DNA from: Eledone cirrhosa
Lineage: Eukaryota
Assembly (NCBI GenBank): GCA_964016885.1
Contig: OZ024741.1
Span: 117,366,001 to 117,430,000, forward strand
Direction: 5' to 3'
Length of the DNA stretch: 64,000 nucleotides
Every line of letters begins with the position of its first letter. The first letter of the stretch is position 1. The translations under genes were made by a program, and so were the position numbers. Below are positions 13,401 to 27,562 of the stretch, piece after piece. The notes under the pieces are model-generated. The model was not told the origin of the DNA. It searched no databases and saw only the letters and a list, made by a program, of their open reading frames with translations.

Positions 13401-14091
13401 AACATTTAAAACGTTTAGAGATTTAATACATTCTACACAGTTCTTTAATAAAAACAACAGATAACATTTTATTGAAAATCCCAGGAGTATATCGCATCTA
13501 AACAATTTGAAGATTCGACAACAATTACAGTTTCCTGTGAAATCAGCTTCCAAACGTGTATCACTAGAATGAAATGATGTAAGAAACCAAAAATAAAATG
13601 ATTATAACGGAAATGACTTATATAAGTTAAACATAAGGTAATCGGAAGTTTAGGACGAAACCTTTGTAACAATATAAACAACTGACAGCATTAATTCATT
13701 ATTCATTATCACTCTGAGGTAAACAGACGTGATCATCAAAAGAAATAATCTTTCTGCTCGGCGACGTAAACTGCACGGTAAACAGAAATATTAATCTTTA
13801 CAAAAGAAGCCCTTTTTTTCTTTTTAAAATCAAAGAGAGATGAAAGCAGAAACAGTATTCAGCAAAATTCAACTCCTATTTGACAGTGCTTCTCAAAACG
13901 TAAGATGGTATTTTACTTTATGCAATGGTACTAACTGTAATATATCATTTAAGCTAATTTTATGCATGGAGTTAATTATTATTTGCTAGCGAAAATAGTT
14001 GATAAAATATTCCATCTCCATTTTCATTTAGTTTAGTTATTTGACCTCGACTTTAAGCATACACCCATACACTTACACACACGGACGCGTG

Positions 14092-14124
<33 letters not shown>

Positions 14125-14189
14125 CATATGTATGATGCGGAAATTATTCCCATTAATATTGACAAAATGTTGCTAGTGTCTTCTTTTTC

Positions 14190-14790
14190 ATCCACTTATT
14201 CCTGGGAGGGTCGAGGGAGCCGAGCCTTCAAACACGTTTTCCAGCGGATCCTGTCAGAAATAATTCTCTCCAATTGATCCGGCTGGACCCTTAAGCGAGA
14301 TCATCCGAGCTCATGGGTGTTATCCAACCATTTTGCTCGGTGTCTACCCTTGGGTCTCCTCCTGGTTGGCTTTGCTCGGAAAATCTGTCCAGCGATTCTT
14401 TCCTGAGACATTCTAACCACATGCTCATAGTATCTGAGCTGTGATCTCTCAATTCGGAGAAGTAACGACTGTACCTGGAGCGAGTCCCTGATCTCCGAGC
14501 TACTCATTCTATAGAATAACGTTATTCCGGTTTCCCTTTGGAGGAACCCCATTTAGGCCGCATGTATTCGCGATCGTATTCTCTCGATCATTACCCAAGA
14601 TTCATGGCACGAATACCGAATTGAGGATAACCAGCTTCACTTTTACAACCTCCCTTCGTCTGATTACTGAATGCTGAAGCTAGCGCAACACTGCACTATC
14701 TTCTGCAGTTCTTACACTTAATTCAGTTTTATGCTTTCCATCTCCCCTGACCGCCGCCTTGAGATACTTGAACATTTCCACCTTTTTGTA
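14190..14790 (-). mobile_element. RTE-clade LINE 3' fragment
   Basis: ORF 14301-14552: SEIRDSLQVQSLLLRIERSQLRYYEHVVRMSQERIAGQIFRAKPTRRRPKGRHRAKWLD, typical RTE RT C-terminus. Confidence 0.85.
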
Positions 14791-14849
14791 TCCCCTTTAA
14801 AAGTCCAAGTATTAGTCCCCGGGTTATCTGCCCTCTACAATAATCGAGT

Positions 14850-15320
14850 CCGCATCACACAACAAAATTACCACTCAACTGGCTCTGCTGTCTTTATCAT
14901 CATACCAAAGCACATCATGAAAGAAAAAGGTCCCATAACATTCAAATGGTCCGTGGAAAAATCCTACAAACATTTCCAAACAAACCAGCAATACACGGAT
15001 ATGTTTCAAAGTTACACGCACACATATATATACCTATACATATATATTCATACACACACATACATACCTCATTCCCAGCCAACCTTTCAGGAAGCATGAT
15101 GGAAGAAATTTTACTCAAACATTCGATTTTGATTTTAATTTTAAACCTTTCTTTACTCCTACCAACTCTTTTAAGTTAACTTTTTTCACTGAATTTGACA
15201 AGATGGATCTTAATACATCGAAACCGGTAATGTGCTCATACACTTTATATACTTCATAACAGATTTTTAAAAAAAGAATTGTCCCCTCTCTTTTTTTAAT
15301 AACACTATCTTTTCAATAAT
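14850..15320 (+). mobile_element. Degenerate PLE 3' end (GIY-YIG tail-like) with HHR
   Basis: KHIMKEKGPITFKWSV resembles recalled PLE endonuclease C-termini; HHR downstream. Confidence 0.45.
15193..15232 (+). ncRNA. Minimal HHR, U3:A8 core variant
   Basis: at TTGACAA gatg gatcttaata catc GAAA ccgg TA at; stem I only 2 bp. Confidence 0.55.
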
Positions 15321-15405
15321 GTCACTTTGACGAACCAAAAAAGAAAAACAAACCCTTAAATATATCTACCGTGCTATTTCCAAATTCATCTTTTCTCTCT
15401 CTCTC

Positions 15406-15483
<78 letters not shown>

Positions 15484-15498
15484 CACACATACACACAC

Positions 15499-15538
<40 letters not shown>

Positions 15539-15607
15539 ACACAAACACACACTCACTTATACATATATTTCTATTCGTATATAGACTCATAAAATATGTA
15601 TATATAC

Positions 15608-15729
<122 letters not shown>

Positions 15730-15814
15730 GTATGTATGTATATGTATATATATACATAGTTTATGAATCTATATACAACTAGAAATATATGTATATGTGA
15801 GTGTGTGTTTGTGT

Positions 15815-15846
<32 letters not shown>

Positions 15847-15860
15847 GTGTGTGTGTGTGT

Positions 15861-15898
15861 GTGACGGCTATTTCTGGTCTAAGTCCAGAAATAGCCGT

Positions 15899-15968
<70 letters not shown>

Positions 15969-16120
15969 ACGGCTATTTCTGGACTCCAGAAATAGCCGTC
16001 GAAACGGCTTGAGCTCTGCCGTCGGGGTTGCACATTTTCATATTACCCAGTCTACTATCCAAAGTATTGAGTACTCTGGTGCGTTATGGTCCATCTGGTT
16101 CCTTACCACACTTCCTTCGT

Positions 16121-16121
<1 letters not shown>
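15861..16121 (+). mobile_element. Short (TA)n-embedded element family Q with HHR 3' half
   Basis: gccgtc GAAA cggc ttgagctct gccg TC ggggtt...; homologous to 19098-19290, 45249-45432, 3085-3130. Confidence 0.7.
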
Positions 16122-16153
<32 letters not shown>

Positions 16154-16211
16154 GTATATATATATATATATATGTATATATATACATATATATATATATA
16201 TACATATCTAT

Positions 16212-16308
<97 letters not shown>

Positions 16309-16616
16309 CATATATATATATCTATACATATATATATGTATAATGTAATAATTTAATAATTGCTATAATTTAAATATACATGTTAGCTGCGTGAGTAATT
16401 TCAAATGAAAATCGGAGACTTCAGATTAGACAAGAAAACATTGAAGACCAATGAAAATCATTTCAACATTTAAACATGACTTATTGGATTACTTCTGGAA
16501 GAGCTGATGTCCTTCCTATTATGTATATGTATATATATATATGTGTGTTATGTATTTCTGTAGAAAAGGTAAAGGAAAGAAGAGTGCTGTATGTATAGTA
16601 TAGATGCATATGTCTC

Positions 16617-16694
<78 letters not shown>

Positions 16695-16711
16695 AGTGTG
16701 TGCATGCGTGC

Positions 16712-16839
<128 letters not shown>

Positions 16840-18079
16840 ATATGTATATTCAAGAGAGGAATAACTAAATATACATCTGCTTTCTTGCAATATATCTGCC
16901 CACCTATAGCTCGTACATCTGATACTAAACTATCTGTCTTGTTGGGAACAGATTTGCTCCAGTGCATGTTTAAACTTGTTAACATTAATGAGATTTGGAA
17001 ATTTCAGGAAATTTCTATTTTGTCGTCTACTTTAAGGTTTTCACAGCAGTTTCTGATCCACCTCTCTATCTCATTTCCCCTTCTGTCTGTGTTCTACTCT
17101 CATATTTTGTCTATTACTCTCCTATCTATAGAGCTATCTGTCATCTGTCTGTCTATATATATGTATACCTAAGTTTACCAGCGTGCTTGTATGTGTGTGC
17201 TTGTATGTGTTTATATTTGTGTATCTGTGTGTGTTTACATGCGTGTTTCTGTGTGCGTATTTGTATGTGCGTATTTGTATTTGTGTGTGTTTGTGTGTTT
17301 GCATCTGTGTGTGTGTGTTTGTATGTGTGTGTGTGTTTGTATGTGTGTGAATGTCTGTTTTGTGTGTGTGTGTGTGTGTGTTGTTAGAAGCAGATATGGC
17401 CTAGTGGTTACAAAATGTCTCTTCGTAGACATGAGTTCCATGATTCGATTTTACCATAGTCTCGTTTGACTAACATAGGCTAGATGGAATCATGTCAGAT
17501 GTTTTCTAACTGTAATTGCGTCTAACTTTGTCAGACTGCCATGCAGATTTGACCTAGTAATTACGTTATTGGTATGCATGTGGAATACTCAACCACTCAC
17601 ACGCTAATATAAAGAATATATAGTTCAATTTATCTAACAACTAAAATACAAATCTAAGAGCACACATATTTGGAAAAAGTATGTGGTTGTTGTTTTAGAC
17701 CCAGATCAGACTTGATTAAGAACATCTGTGATTAAATGTATTCCATCTGTGACCATCATCTTGATATAGGGTTATCTTTGTGAACTGCATTATCGAATAT
17801 AACCTTTTCTTTTATAAAATGCGATTTGTGAAAAGATCTAAATATTTTTAACAGGAAAAATAACTGCATAAAAGAGCATTGCTGCGTATGGTTGTAGGGG
17901 GCATATCTTATGTGTATGGGGTTAAGTACTCCACAAACACGTGTATCATAAATATAATTTTCAGGCAAAATCATGACTCTTGAAACTATAGATAAAGTTT
18001 ATTCAACGGGCTTTCAAACAGTTTCTGCGATTTTGAACTATTATTTAGTGTTTTGTACTCCGTTAGTTCCAACGATAAA

Positions 18080-18348
18080 TATTCCAGTTGATTAGATCAA
18101 CGAAACAGCCTATTTGTGAAATTAACATGCTTGTGTCAGAGCATTCCACAGACACGTGTACCCGTAACGTAGCTTTTGGGGAGATTCAATGTGATACAGT
18201 ATGACAACGCCGGTCTTTTCAATTAAATGTACTATTCATTTTGCCAGCTGAGTGAAGCTCAAAGTTACAATGCACCGTTAGTAATCGAACTCACGACCTT
18301 AGGATCGTCAGTCGAACACCTTAACCACCACTAAGCCATGCGCCTTCA
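18080..18348 (-). mobile_element. tRNA-derived SINE family B
   Basis: RC shows ggcgcatggcttagtgg A box and gagttcgatt B box; tail shared with 33715, 50460. Confidence 0.75.
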
Positions 18349-19044
18349 ATAAGTGAGATAGAAAAGCAATGTAAGATCATAATTCGTTATGTCAAGGTCA
18401 TCTGAAAGTAACCCTAGATGTTCAATTTAGGAAGACAAAAAAATTTCCTACATTCCAAAATCCGAATTTACACGACACACAAAATCCTGGCTACACCAAA
18501 CAGATTCCATGAACGAAGCGAAAGCACGGTAGAGGCTATTTAGTTTATCAGAAATCTCTTTCTCTCATAAAATGACTCCGATTCTCTCAGCGACATAAAG
18601 ACCTGCTGTGAAAACATTAAGAAAGATGTCAGGAAGAAAACCTACGAACATACAAACTTCATTACTGTCAACGATTATAGTGTCAGAACAATTCTACCAT
18701 ACTTCCAAATTCTGAAGTTACAAATCACCAGAATCTATCTTCCACCGTCTTACTACCTTCTTCCTTCGTTCTCCTTCTTCACCTACACCCGCTAGTATCT
18801 CGGAATAACTGCTTCTTTCTTTTGTTTCATTTTTTTTTTTTCGGTGATTATTTCTGAATAAACGGATAATGACTACACATCACCACCGCCATATATTTTT
18901 CATTATTCTTGTCGCTTTACATAATGTTAAAGTTTCGAATATACATACATGCATACATGTATATGTGGATGTGAATGTACATATATCTATGTATATTTAT
19001 GTATATAGTCATTTTATACATATATATTATATATATATATATGA

Positions 19045-19093
<49 letters not shown>

Positions 19094-19097
19094 TTAT

Positions 19098-19290
19098 CAA
19101 GATGGATTCAGTAAGAAACTGGTTAGACAATTATTCACCAGAGTACTCGATACTTGGGGTTGTAGAGTATGGTTATATAAATGAGTCAGGATCCCACCAG
19201 GTGTCAAAACCCCAACAGCTAGTTCCAGTTTGGAACTAGCTGTTGAAACGGCAGGAGCTCAGCTGTCGAGGTCCTTACTCATTCATATAA
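19098..19290 (-). mobile_element. Family Q element with fold-back hairpin
   Basis: caacagctagttcca gtt tggaactagctgttg hairpin running into GAAAcggcaggagctcagctgTC. Confidence 0.65.
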
Positions 19291-19331
19291 TATATATATA
19301 TATATGTTTATAAGTATATTATATACACACA

Positions 19332-19404
<73 letters not shown>

Positions 19405-19476
19405 ACAGGGAGAAAAAGACGATTATTAGGAAGAAAAATTTTTTTTTTTCCCTTTTTATTTATTTCTCTGCACATT

Positions 19477-19525
<49 letters not shown>

Positions 19526-19614
19526 TATGTAGAGGTTATATTTAATTTGTTGGGATACAACAAGCTAAATATTTTTATAACTGATATAAAGCACTCAACA
19601 AATTATTGGAATAA

Positions 19615-19884
19615 ATATACAATATATTAACAAATGGAAACTATATTTATAAAACCATATTTATTTCATTATACATATTTCAAGGGCCCCCAGAGCAAAC
19701 TATGGTGCGCTTTTATCAGATAAAATATAATATAGGTTAGTCAATATTTATTTATAAAACTAACTATATTATATTTTATCTGATGAAAGCGCACCATAGT
19801 TTGCTCTGGTGGCCCTTGAAATATGTATAATGAAATAAATATGGTTTTATAAATATAGTTTCCATTTGTTAATATATTGTATAT
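19615..19884. mobile_element. Fold-back element with ~120-bp inverted arms, each with an HHR
   Basis: Arms 19615-19735 and 19764-19884 nearly identical. Confidence 0.85.
19772..19837 (+). ncRNA. Type-I hammerhead ribozyme
   Basis: tattttat CTGATGA aagcgcacca..tggtggccctt GAAA tatgta TA atgaaata; 8-bp stem I. Confidence 0.8.
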
Positions 19885-20006
19885 ATATATATAGAATGTT
19901 GAGAAGTGACACACGAGTTGATATATATTAGGAAAATAAAAAAGTAGAAATGCTAATAGTATTTTCTCATAGAATAACAGCAAAACATTTTTTTAATAGT
20001 AATTTA

Positions 20007-20050
20007 TCGGACACTAATATTTCTGGGTGATTACCCTTCATCTGTACCGT
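20007..20050 (-). ncRNA. Degenerate HHR, same family as 30608
   Basis: RC: acggta CAGATGA agggtaatcaccca GAAA tattagtg TC; U4 mutated. Confidence 0.5.
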
Positions 20051-20186
20051 ATACTGTTGTTTGCATGATCACACAAAGACGAAGACCTTAGATTAATGAC
20101 AGTGTATCATCAATGGAACCACTAAACTCTGAGTACGTTATCCTGCTTATACATCACCGAAACCTTGTGTGTGTGTATATGTATGT

Positions 20187-20430
20187 GAAGTCACGTGGAT
20201 TATTGCCCAGCTCACGATCGTAAGGTCCTGATTTCGATTCCTGTCTGCTCGTTCGGTCATTAAGCAAGTCATTTTATTTCACGTTGCTCCAGTTCGCTTA
20301 ACACTGAACCTATAATTCAAGGGCTTTAGCATTACACAGATATGTGTACAATTAACGTAATTCTCAGGGAAATTCAACGTGACACTGTGTGACAGGGCTG
20401 GCCTTTTGAGTTACGGGTACACTCCATTCA
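20187..20430 (+). mobile_element. SINE family B (diverged)
   Basis: ttcgattcc...taagcaagtcattttatttcacgttgctccagt. Confidence 0.65.
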
Positions 20431-21658
20431 ATGTTTCCATCTACCCAATTTCATTCACAGGTCATGGGACAATCTAAGGCTATCGCAAATGATACTTGCC
20501 CAAAATGCCACGAAATGGGATCCAGAAACCTAATGATTGCAAAGTGAACTTCTTAACCATTCGGTCATGCGGTATCCATTCATAACTAGTTTCTAGTATT
20601 CTATAATATTATTTTTATTCTCTTAAGTCTTATTCTTGATTTTGTAAAGCATGGCGTTGAACACAAGCTAAGCTCGCAGTAAACTGAGACTGTGGCGTAG
20701 TTACGATCTCTGGTGTAAGTCGTTCACTTCATTTATGTCAATACTGATTTTGAAAAAGAAAACATAAACTAGGATTCGAAACTTTTTACAATAGGTCCTT
20801 CACCTCAATATTTAGTACTTGCCTATACATAGTAACTCTACCTGCTAGAAATAGTAAGTAAATTCAACACAAATCACACTACTATCTTTAAAGAAAAAGA
20901 GGGATGGATAAAGCTCTAAACACTATATTTTTCCCCAAAATATGACTGGTGTTTTCGTTGAAATAGTATTCATCATAGATCTACTCCATTAGGTATAACC
21001 AGGGGCTAAAAGACAAAAAAAAAAACGACATTGTTATTAATTTTAGTACTAGTCAATTCCTTTCGTATACAAAATAGAAGAAAAACATAACATATCCAAA
21101 ATTATTATTAATGCTCTACTTTGTTAAATTACCATTAAGCAAAGAGTTTTGCGCAGCAGACAAAAATATTCCAGTCTTGAATATCTGCCAGTTTTCTTTC
21201 TTTCTTTCTTTTGCTGTATCATTGTTTGTAATAGCTCTCTACTCTACATCTATCCTAGAATCTGTTCGAAAATAACTTTACAAAATACTATTATGCATGT
21301 GTGTATTGTTGGCCAAGGCAGGATTATTATACAATATACTAATCAGATAAAGATGAAACAAAAGTGAACACCTACAACATTCTTTGTAATTCAACGCCTC
21401 GAGACTTCAATTGTCAGAGAATAGTTTCTTACCTACTCTTACGTTCGAAGGTTTCAGAATCGACCGCATTGTGTCGCATCATACCATATGATAATGTTAA
21501 AGTGTTATATCTTATAGCACAGTCTCAATATATAGATTATAACGTATCAAAAACAAAGGCACGCATAAACGCTGTCTCGCGAGCATATCCAATATAATAA
21601 TATGCATCTTGTCTACAGGTATATATATTTATATTTTTCTGAGGCGTAACTTTTTAAT

Positions 21659-21724
<66 letters not shown>

Positions 21725-22304
21725 ACTATTTCTTTGTCTCCCTGTTACGACGTTACAAACATCCTCTTTTCTTGCTCCTCATAGACGCTCTGCTGTTGTG
21801 TAATGAGGGGGTGTGGCAGAGAAAGAGAGATCGAAGAATAGTAAAGGCAGAAGAAAAAAGTTGACGTCACAAATATCAGAAAGGAGAATAGAGACACGTC
21901 AAAAGAGAGAAATGAAGGAAGAGGTAAAGAGAATAAAACAAAGTTCCATGATAACAAACAATGTTAATAAAATACTGGTCTTTAATTTCCCAATAACGTA
22001 TATTTAGAGGCATTTCAATAGTCAGTATCCATCCATCTCAGAAACCTCTCTTCCACTTCAATCCACCTATTGCCGAGGCTTTAAACTCCGCAGACTGTTT
22101 CTCCGATTCAGTCACATATGTTTTTAAATAACAAACAATATATATGCGAATAGCCGTCAATTTTGAATGCGTGGGCTCACTTGTATGTATATGTATTTAT
22201 ATACTTTATAATTACAAGTAACAGATAAACAGAATTACAAAATAAAGGGAGAGAGGCCGAAATAATAGACTTTCTTTCCCTTCTGGAGAAGTCGTATGTG
22301 TGCC

Positions 22305-22530
22305 GTTGTGTCATACGGCGTTTCTCGGGCATTTAAACCTGGTGGAGCCCATCCCTCTCCATGACAGAACGCACCTGATTTTTTCCATAAAAAAAGAGGA
22401 TGAAGAGAAAGAGAGCGAAAAGAAACGACTCTAGTATTGGACCTGTACTTCCTTCATTGACCCCCAAAGAACCAAAGGCGAGTTTGACCTCTGTGGAATT
22501 TGAATTCAGAAAGTAGAGAGCCTAAACTAA
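22305..22530 (-). mobile_element. SINE family A2
   Basis: Tail ggcatttaaacctggtggagccca plus diverged body. Confidence 0.65.
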
Positions 22531-22756
22531 TTCATTTGCTGCTTTCCGAGGAAGTACTGGTAGTGGGATTAAAATGCACATATAGTGACAAGTGTGTATA
22601 TTTATATACTCTGACACGCACACATACGAACGCATAGAGGGCGAAAGAAGTAAAATGACGTTCTAACTACAAGATAACACACATTTTTATATCAAGTGTC
22701 TTAAAAATCTATTAGCTTTATATATAGATATATATATTTGTATATATATATATATT

Positions 22757-22819
<63 letters not shown>

Positions 22820-23213
22820 GTACATACATACATGTATACAGACGTACAGTAGTATGTATATATATATATATACATACATGCACACATATATATATGTACG
22901 TATGGATTCACCGAACATTTATTATAATGCTCGGTGTGTTTGTAAACAAACATCCCGAATTAAGCCGTACAGTGTCTAGCAACCATCGTTGCTCATTTGT
23001 TCAACACTGACAAAGGAACGCTGTACTAGTTTCAAGCTTATTAGCTATCGTCAGCAACGTATACCTTCCTGCCAGATGATTGAACGTCTGAAAGTATATA
23101 CTTTCCTTATGCATATTAACGGCTGAGCAGCCTAATTTTCATATCGAGTGAGTTAATCGGCCGGGCGCACCGAAAACGATGAACGGAAAAAATAAAACGA
23201 AATTTCATTTCTC

Positions 23214-23870
23214 TGCGCATGCGTTTGCGTGTGTGTATAGTGTTTGGTGTGTGTTCGCATTTGGGTGACTGTGTTTTGGTTATTGTATTCTATCTTAGTT
23301 TACTAGTGTGTGTTTATATGTTTGTTGTTATTGTGCTTGTGTATATATTGATTTATTTATTTATATTTCTCTTAGGTCAGTATTGTTTGTTTGGGTGTTG
23401 TTGTTATTCCATTCATTTTTTCTGTTTCACTTCCTCTCTGATTTGCCTATCTGCTGGGTCATTGCTATGTTTAGATATTATTTTAATTTCTATGTTGTCT
23501 ATGTTACCGTTATGTTGTTGTCTGGCGTCTTCGTATAGTACTGAACCGTTTTTTCGTCCTTTTAGTTCCCCCCAGTGTTGGTCTATCCTTTCACCTATGC
23601 TACGAGCTGTCTCGCCTATGTATGTTGTTGTCATGTTTCTGCAAGTACCCTCTGTACATCTTATGTTATAGACTACGTTTGTGGTAAACATTGAGGACCG
23701 AATAAATTAACTGATATAAATGATACAGAAGCGAAAACCAACCAAACAGTGAGTGTGTTCTGTTATTAATTCTAGCAATATTATTACAATATGACCCTCC
23801 CCAGGTATAACAATATTTGTTTCGATACACGATTTCATATCAAAAACCTCGCAAAACAAATTCATCGCCG
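23214..23870. mobile_element. PLE family P2: GIY-YIG fragment (-) joined to an inverted 3' terminus (+)
   Basis: ORF 23413-23691 TNVVYNIRCTEGTCRNMTTTYIGETARSIGERIDQH; 23687-23870 is the P2 terminus in opposite orientation ending in (TA)n. Confidence 0.9.
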
Positions 23871-24220
23871 TATATATATATATGATCCCTGGTATGAACA
23901 GTTTCTCTCTTGATAGGATTAGTAGGGTTAGTTGGTATAGTGTTAGCTAGGATTTTAATTGAGGGAGGAGTAGAATTATTTTGTTTAATGTAAGTAGGTG
24001 TAATATATTTCTTTCTAAACGGTAAAATGTACTGTCTGCATTATTATTATTTTAATTTTTTTTGTACTTTGTCTACTCTATTTACTCATGATTGTGTTAA
24101 ACGTTGCGATTTTGGAGGTGAGTAATTGTATTACGTGTGGTGGGCTTTGGTTGGTTTGGTTTACTGTATGTAAATTTACATGTTGTTTAGGGCTATGAGA
24201 GAAGACACACACACACACAA

Positions 24221-24265
<45 letters not shown>

Positions 24266-24398
24266 GTGTGTGTGTATATAATTCTCTTAGAGACTATTGT
24301 AGCCCTGAGAAGAGTAGTATTGTCTTTATAGCCTCCGAAACTACAAAATAGCCAGTAGACAGCTCTGCCCCTCGTTTATCTTACGTGGTAATTTTCGA

Positions 24399-24456
<58 letters not shown>

Positions 24457-24463
<7 letters not shown>

Positions 24464-24743
24464 AAAAAGAGATGAAATCGAAAATGCAACTGGAGTCTTA
24501 TTTTTTTTTTAAATATATATATTTATTTGGTTCCTTTACCGGTTTCGCAGTTCTTCTGCTTTTCAAAAGGTGAGTTGAGATGGAGGGTCTGTGGTTTTTC
24601 TCACTGTAAAGGAACCAAATAAATATATATATTTTTAAAAAAAATAAGACTCCAGTTGCATTTTTGATTTCATCTCTTTTTCTTTATACTTCCACTCGTG
24701 TAGGACACCTCGGTTATTTTTCATTTTGTAAAAAAAACCTCAC

Positions 24744-24750
<7 letters not shown>
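24457..24750. mobile_element. (TA)n-embedded fold-back element with HHR
   Basis: Arms 24457-24539 and 24606-24688; (TA)n both sides. Confidence 0.85.
24533..24570 (-). ncRNA. Minimal HHR, U3:A8 core variant
   Basis: RC: cctt TTGAAAA gcag aagaa ctgc GAAA ccgg TA aagg; all stems pair. Confidence 0.8.
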
Positions 24751-24792
<42 letters not shown>

Positions 24793-25195
24793 GTCTAAGA
24801 TAAACCGAACAGGGAGAAAGAGAGAAAGGTGTACAAAAAAGATTATGTGAGTTAGGAAAGGTGTATCGGTGAAGTAGATTCAATCGTGTGGTTTGAGGTG
24901 TGTACGTATAGTAGATTCAGTCGTTAGAATTCGGTAGATATGTGGGTAGATTCCACGGCTCAAGACTAGGTATGAAAATAAACTGTGAATAGATAAACAG
25001 AATCTAATCAGCGATGGACACAAAAATTTGATTGGTGTAAAACCAGAACAAGACACGCGGCAAAACCATAATATTGAGGTAATTATTTCTGCGCATACCT
25101 ACATATATATCTATGTGTACATAATTACATGGCACCTCACCTCATCACCTGCCACACATTTTAAATAAATATACGTATGTATGTATATATAGATA

Positions 25196-25303
<108 letters not shown>

Positions 25304-25387
25304 CATATATACATAAAATTGGTGTGTGTATCTGTGTAAATATATATGTAAATATGAAATGGATCCATATATGTATGTTTATGATAA

Positions 25388-25503
<116 letters not shown>

Positions 25504-25559
25504 TACTTTATTACTCTATCACATGTTGCAGCCAACAGGCAGAAGCCATGTTGGGGCAC

Positions 25560-26400
25560 TGCCATTGATGCTACACTTTCTATAACCAGCCTTCCCTGGT
25601 TGGCCATTAATGCAATAGGGAGTTTGTTACTGCCACCCTTATTTGCACTTCACCTCAAGCTGTGGGTTCATCAGGGATATTGGTCAGTAGAATGTCAAGA
25701 TGTCTCTTGAAAACATCTACATGAACACCATGTAGATCTCTCAGATTGTTTAGCAGCTTGGATCCTTTGAACCCCAGGCTATTGCAGTATGTGGTCCTTA
25801 TTCTTGATGGGACGGGTGAGACCTTTGGCACTACACCGTGACATCCGGTTTGTTGGCTGGTCCTGCCTTCAATGCTGCAGTTTGGTGCTAACCCTTCCAG
25901 GATCTTCCATACATATATCATTGCTTATCTCTCCCGTCGTCACTTAATGGAGTAAAGCTTTAGTCTTTTCAGCCTCTCCCAGTGGCTCACCTCTTTCATT
26001 GAGGCAATCCACTTGGTGTAGCTTCAAATCGGATTGCTTCAAGTTTTGCATTTAGTTTGAAAGTGTGGGGCGGCCACAGATGAGAGCAATAAGTCCAGTC
26101 GGCTAAGGACGAGAGTCTTTCAGGGGACCAGCATGGTTTCCGGGTCTCTTGTCATGAAAGTCCTCAGAATGAAACCCGCCAGTCATCTGCACATTGAAAT
26201 CGTTTTGGTGATGTGTACATGAAACGATGCATCATTCTCCTGTATTGATATTGATTCTGAGATTTAGATTCCTCCTGATCCAGTGTACCTTTGTTATAGG
26301 TTGATAGCGGAGAGCTTGAAACATACATGCATTAAATTGCATATTGGTGTCTCCAGCCCATTTGTTTAAGAGAGTAACATCAGCCGGTTTCTTGATTGCC
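25560..26400 (-). mobile_element. Degenerate CR1-like LINE, 3' part of RT
   Basis: Frameshifted motifs FILRTFMTRDPETML..KTLVLSRLD and IYVWKILEGLAPN...[16 protein letters not shown]. Confidence 0.8.
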
Positions 26401-27500
26401 TGTGCTACGTTTGTGATATTTGGGGTATCAAATCCTGCCAAAACCAACTTTTCTTTTCATCCTTTTGGGGAAGATAAAGTACCAGTCCACTACAGGGCAC
26501 CTAGTTCTCTACCTCCCTCTCTCTTTCTGACTTAGTGGAAAACAGTAACTATGTTCATACTTGGAGGGTGATGGCGATCCGCCAGGTAATAATATCCAAG
26601 ACATGCTTGACAAGATAGCGCCCCTACCTCTCCATCAAACCAGGGGTCTTGGATGGATGGTTATATATATATATGGATATCGTGCGTATATATGCGTGTC
26701 GATATGTACATGTATGTGTGTCTATATATATAAAGAAAGTGTGTGTGTGTGTGCATGTGGATATGTGTGTCTGTATGGATATATGTGTGGATATGGATAT
26801 GTATGTGTATGTGTGTGTATGATATATGTTTATATATATTTCTATATATATATGTGTGCGTGTGTATGTCATTGTAACTGTATCGTGACCCTTTATGTAG
26901 GGCAATTAAGCAATTTGACAGATTTGAAACCAGTAAAATAATTATCGGGATCAATCTGATTCATTAAACCCTAAAATGCTGCGACCCAACAGGACTGTGG
27001 TCTATGCAAAAACCAGTAAAAACAGTAAAGAGACGAAATAATAGATTCAAATTACGTGTTTTACGCTATATATATCTCATGTATATACTGGTAGGTATTC
27101 CTAGCATAAGTAGGAATATGTATACAGACATACACACACACACGTACACACACACATCCATCCTTCCATCCATACATACAATACATGTATGTGTACATAT
27201 ATATATAGAGAGAGATACATATATAAATATATATATATATATATATGTATGCGTGTGTGTGTATGTATATGTATATATACATATATATGCACACACATAC
27301 GTATGTGTATGTATGTATATATGTATATACATATATATGTATATTTTTATAGTATATATATTTGTACAGACATACGTATGTGTATGTGTATATATATTTA
27401 TATATATATATATATAAATATACATACACACACATATGCATACAACTATATACGTTTACAGGTGGATAGCTATGCACATCTCTCCTTATACACAGACACA

Positions 27501-27562
<62 letters not shown>

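Noticed and set aside
12250-13750. Cluster of short minus-strand ORFs
   Set aside because: No recognisable motif or splice pattern; possibly a degraded LINE but unsupported
24300-24365. HHR candidate CTGAGAA...GAAACTAC...GTAGAC
   Set aside because: C3/A8 mismatch, no NUH triplet, poor stems; at most a decayed remnant
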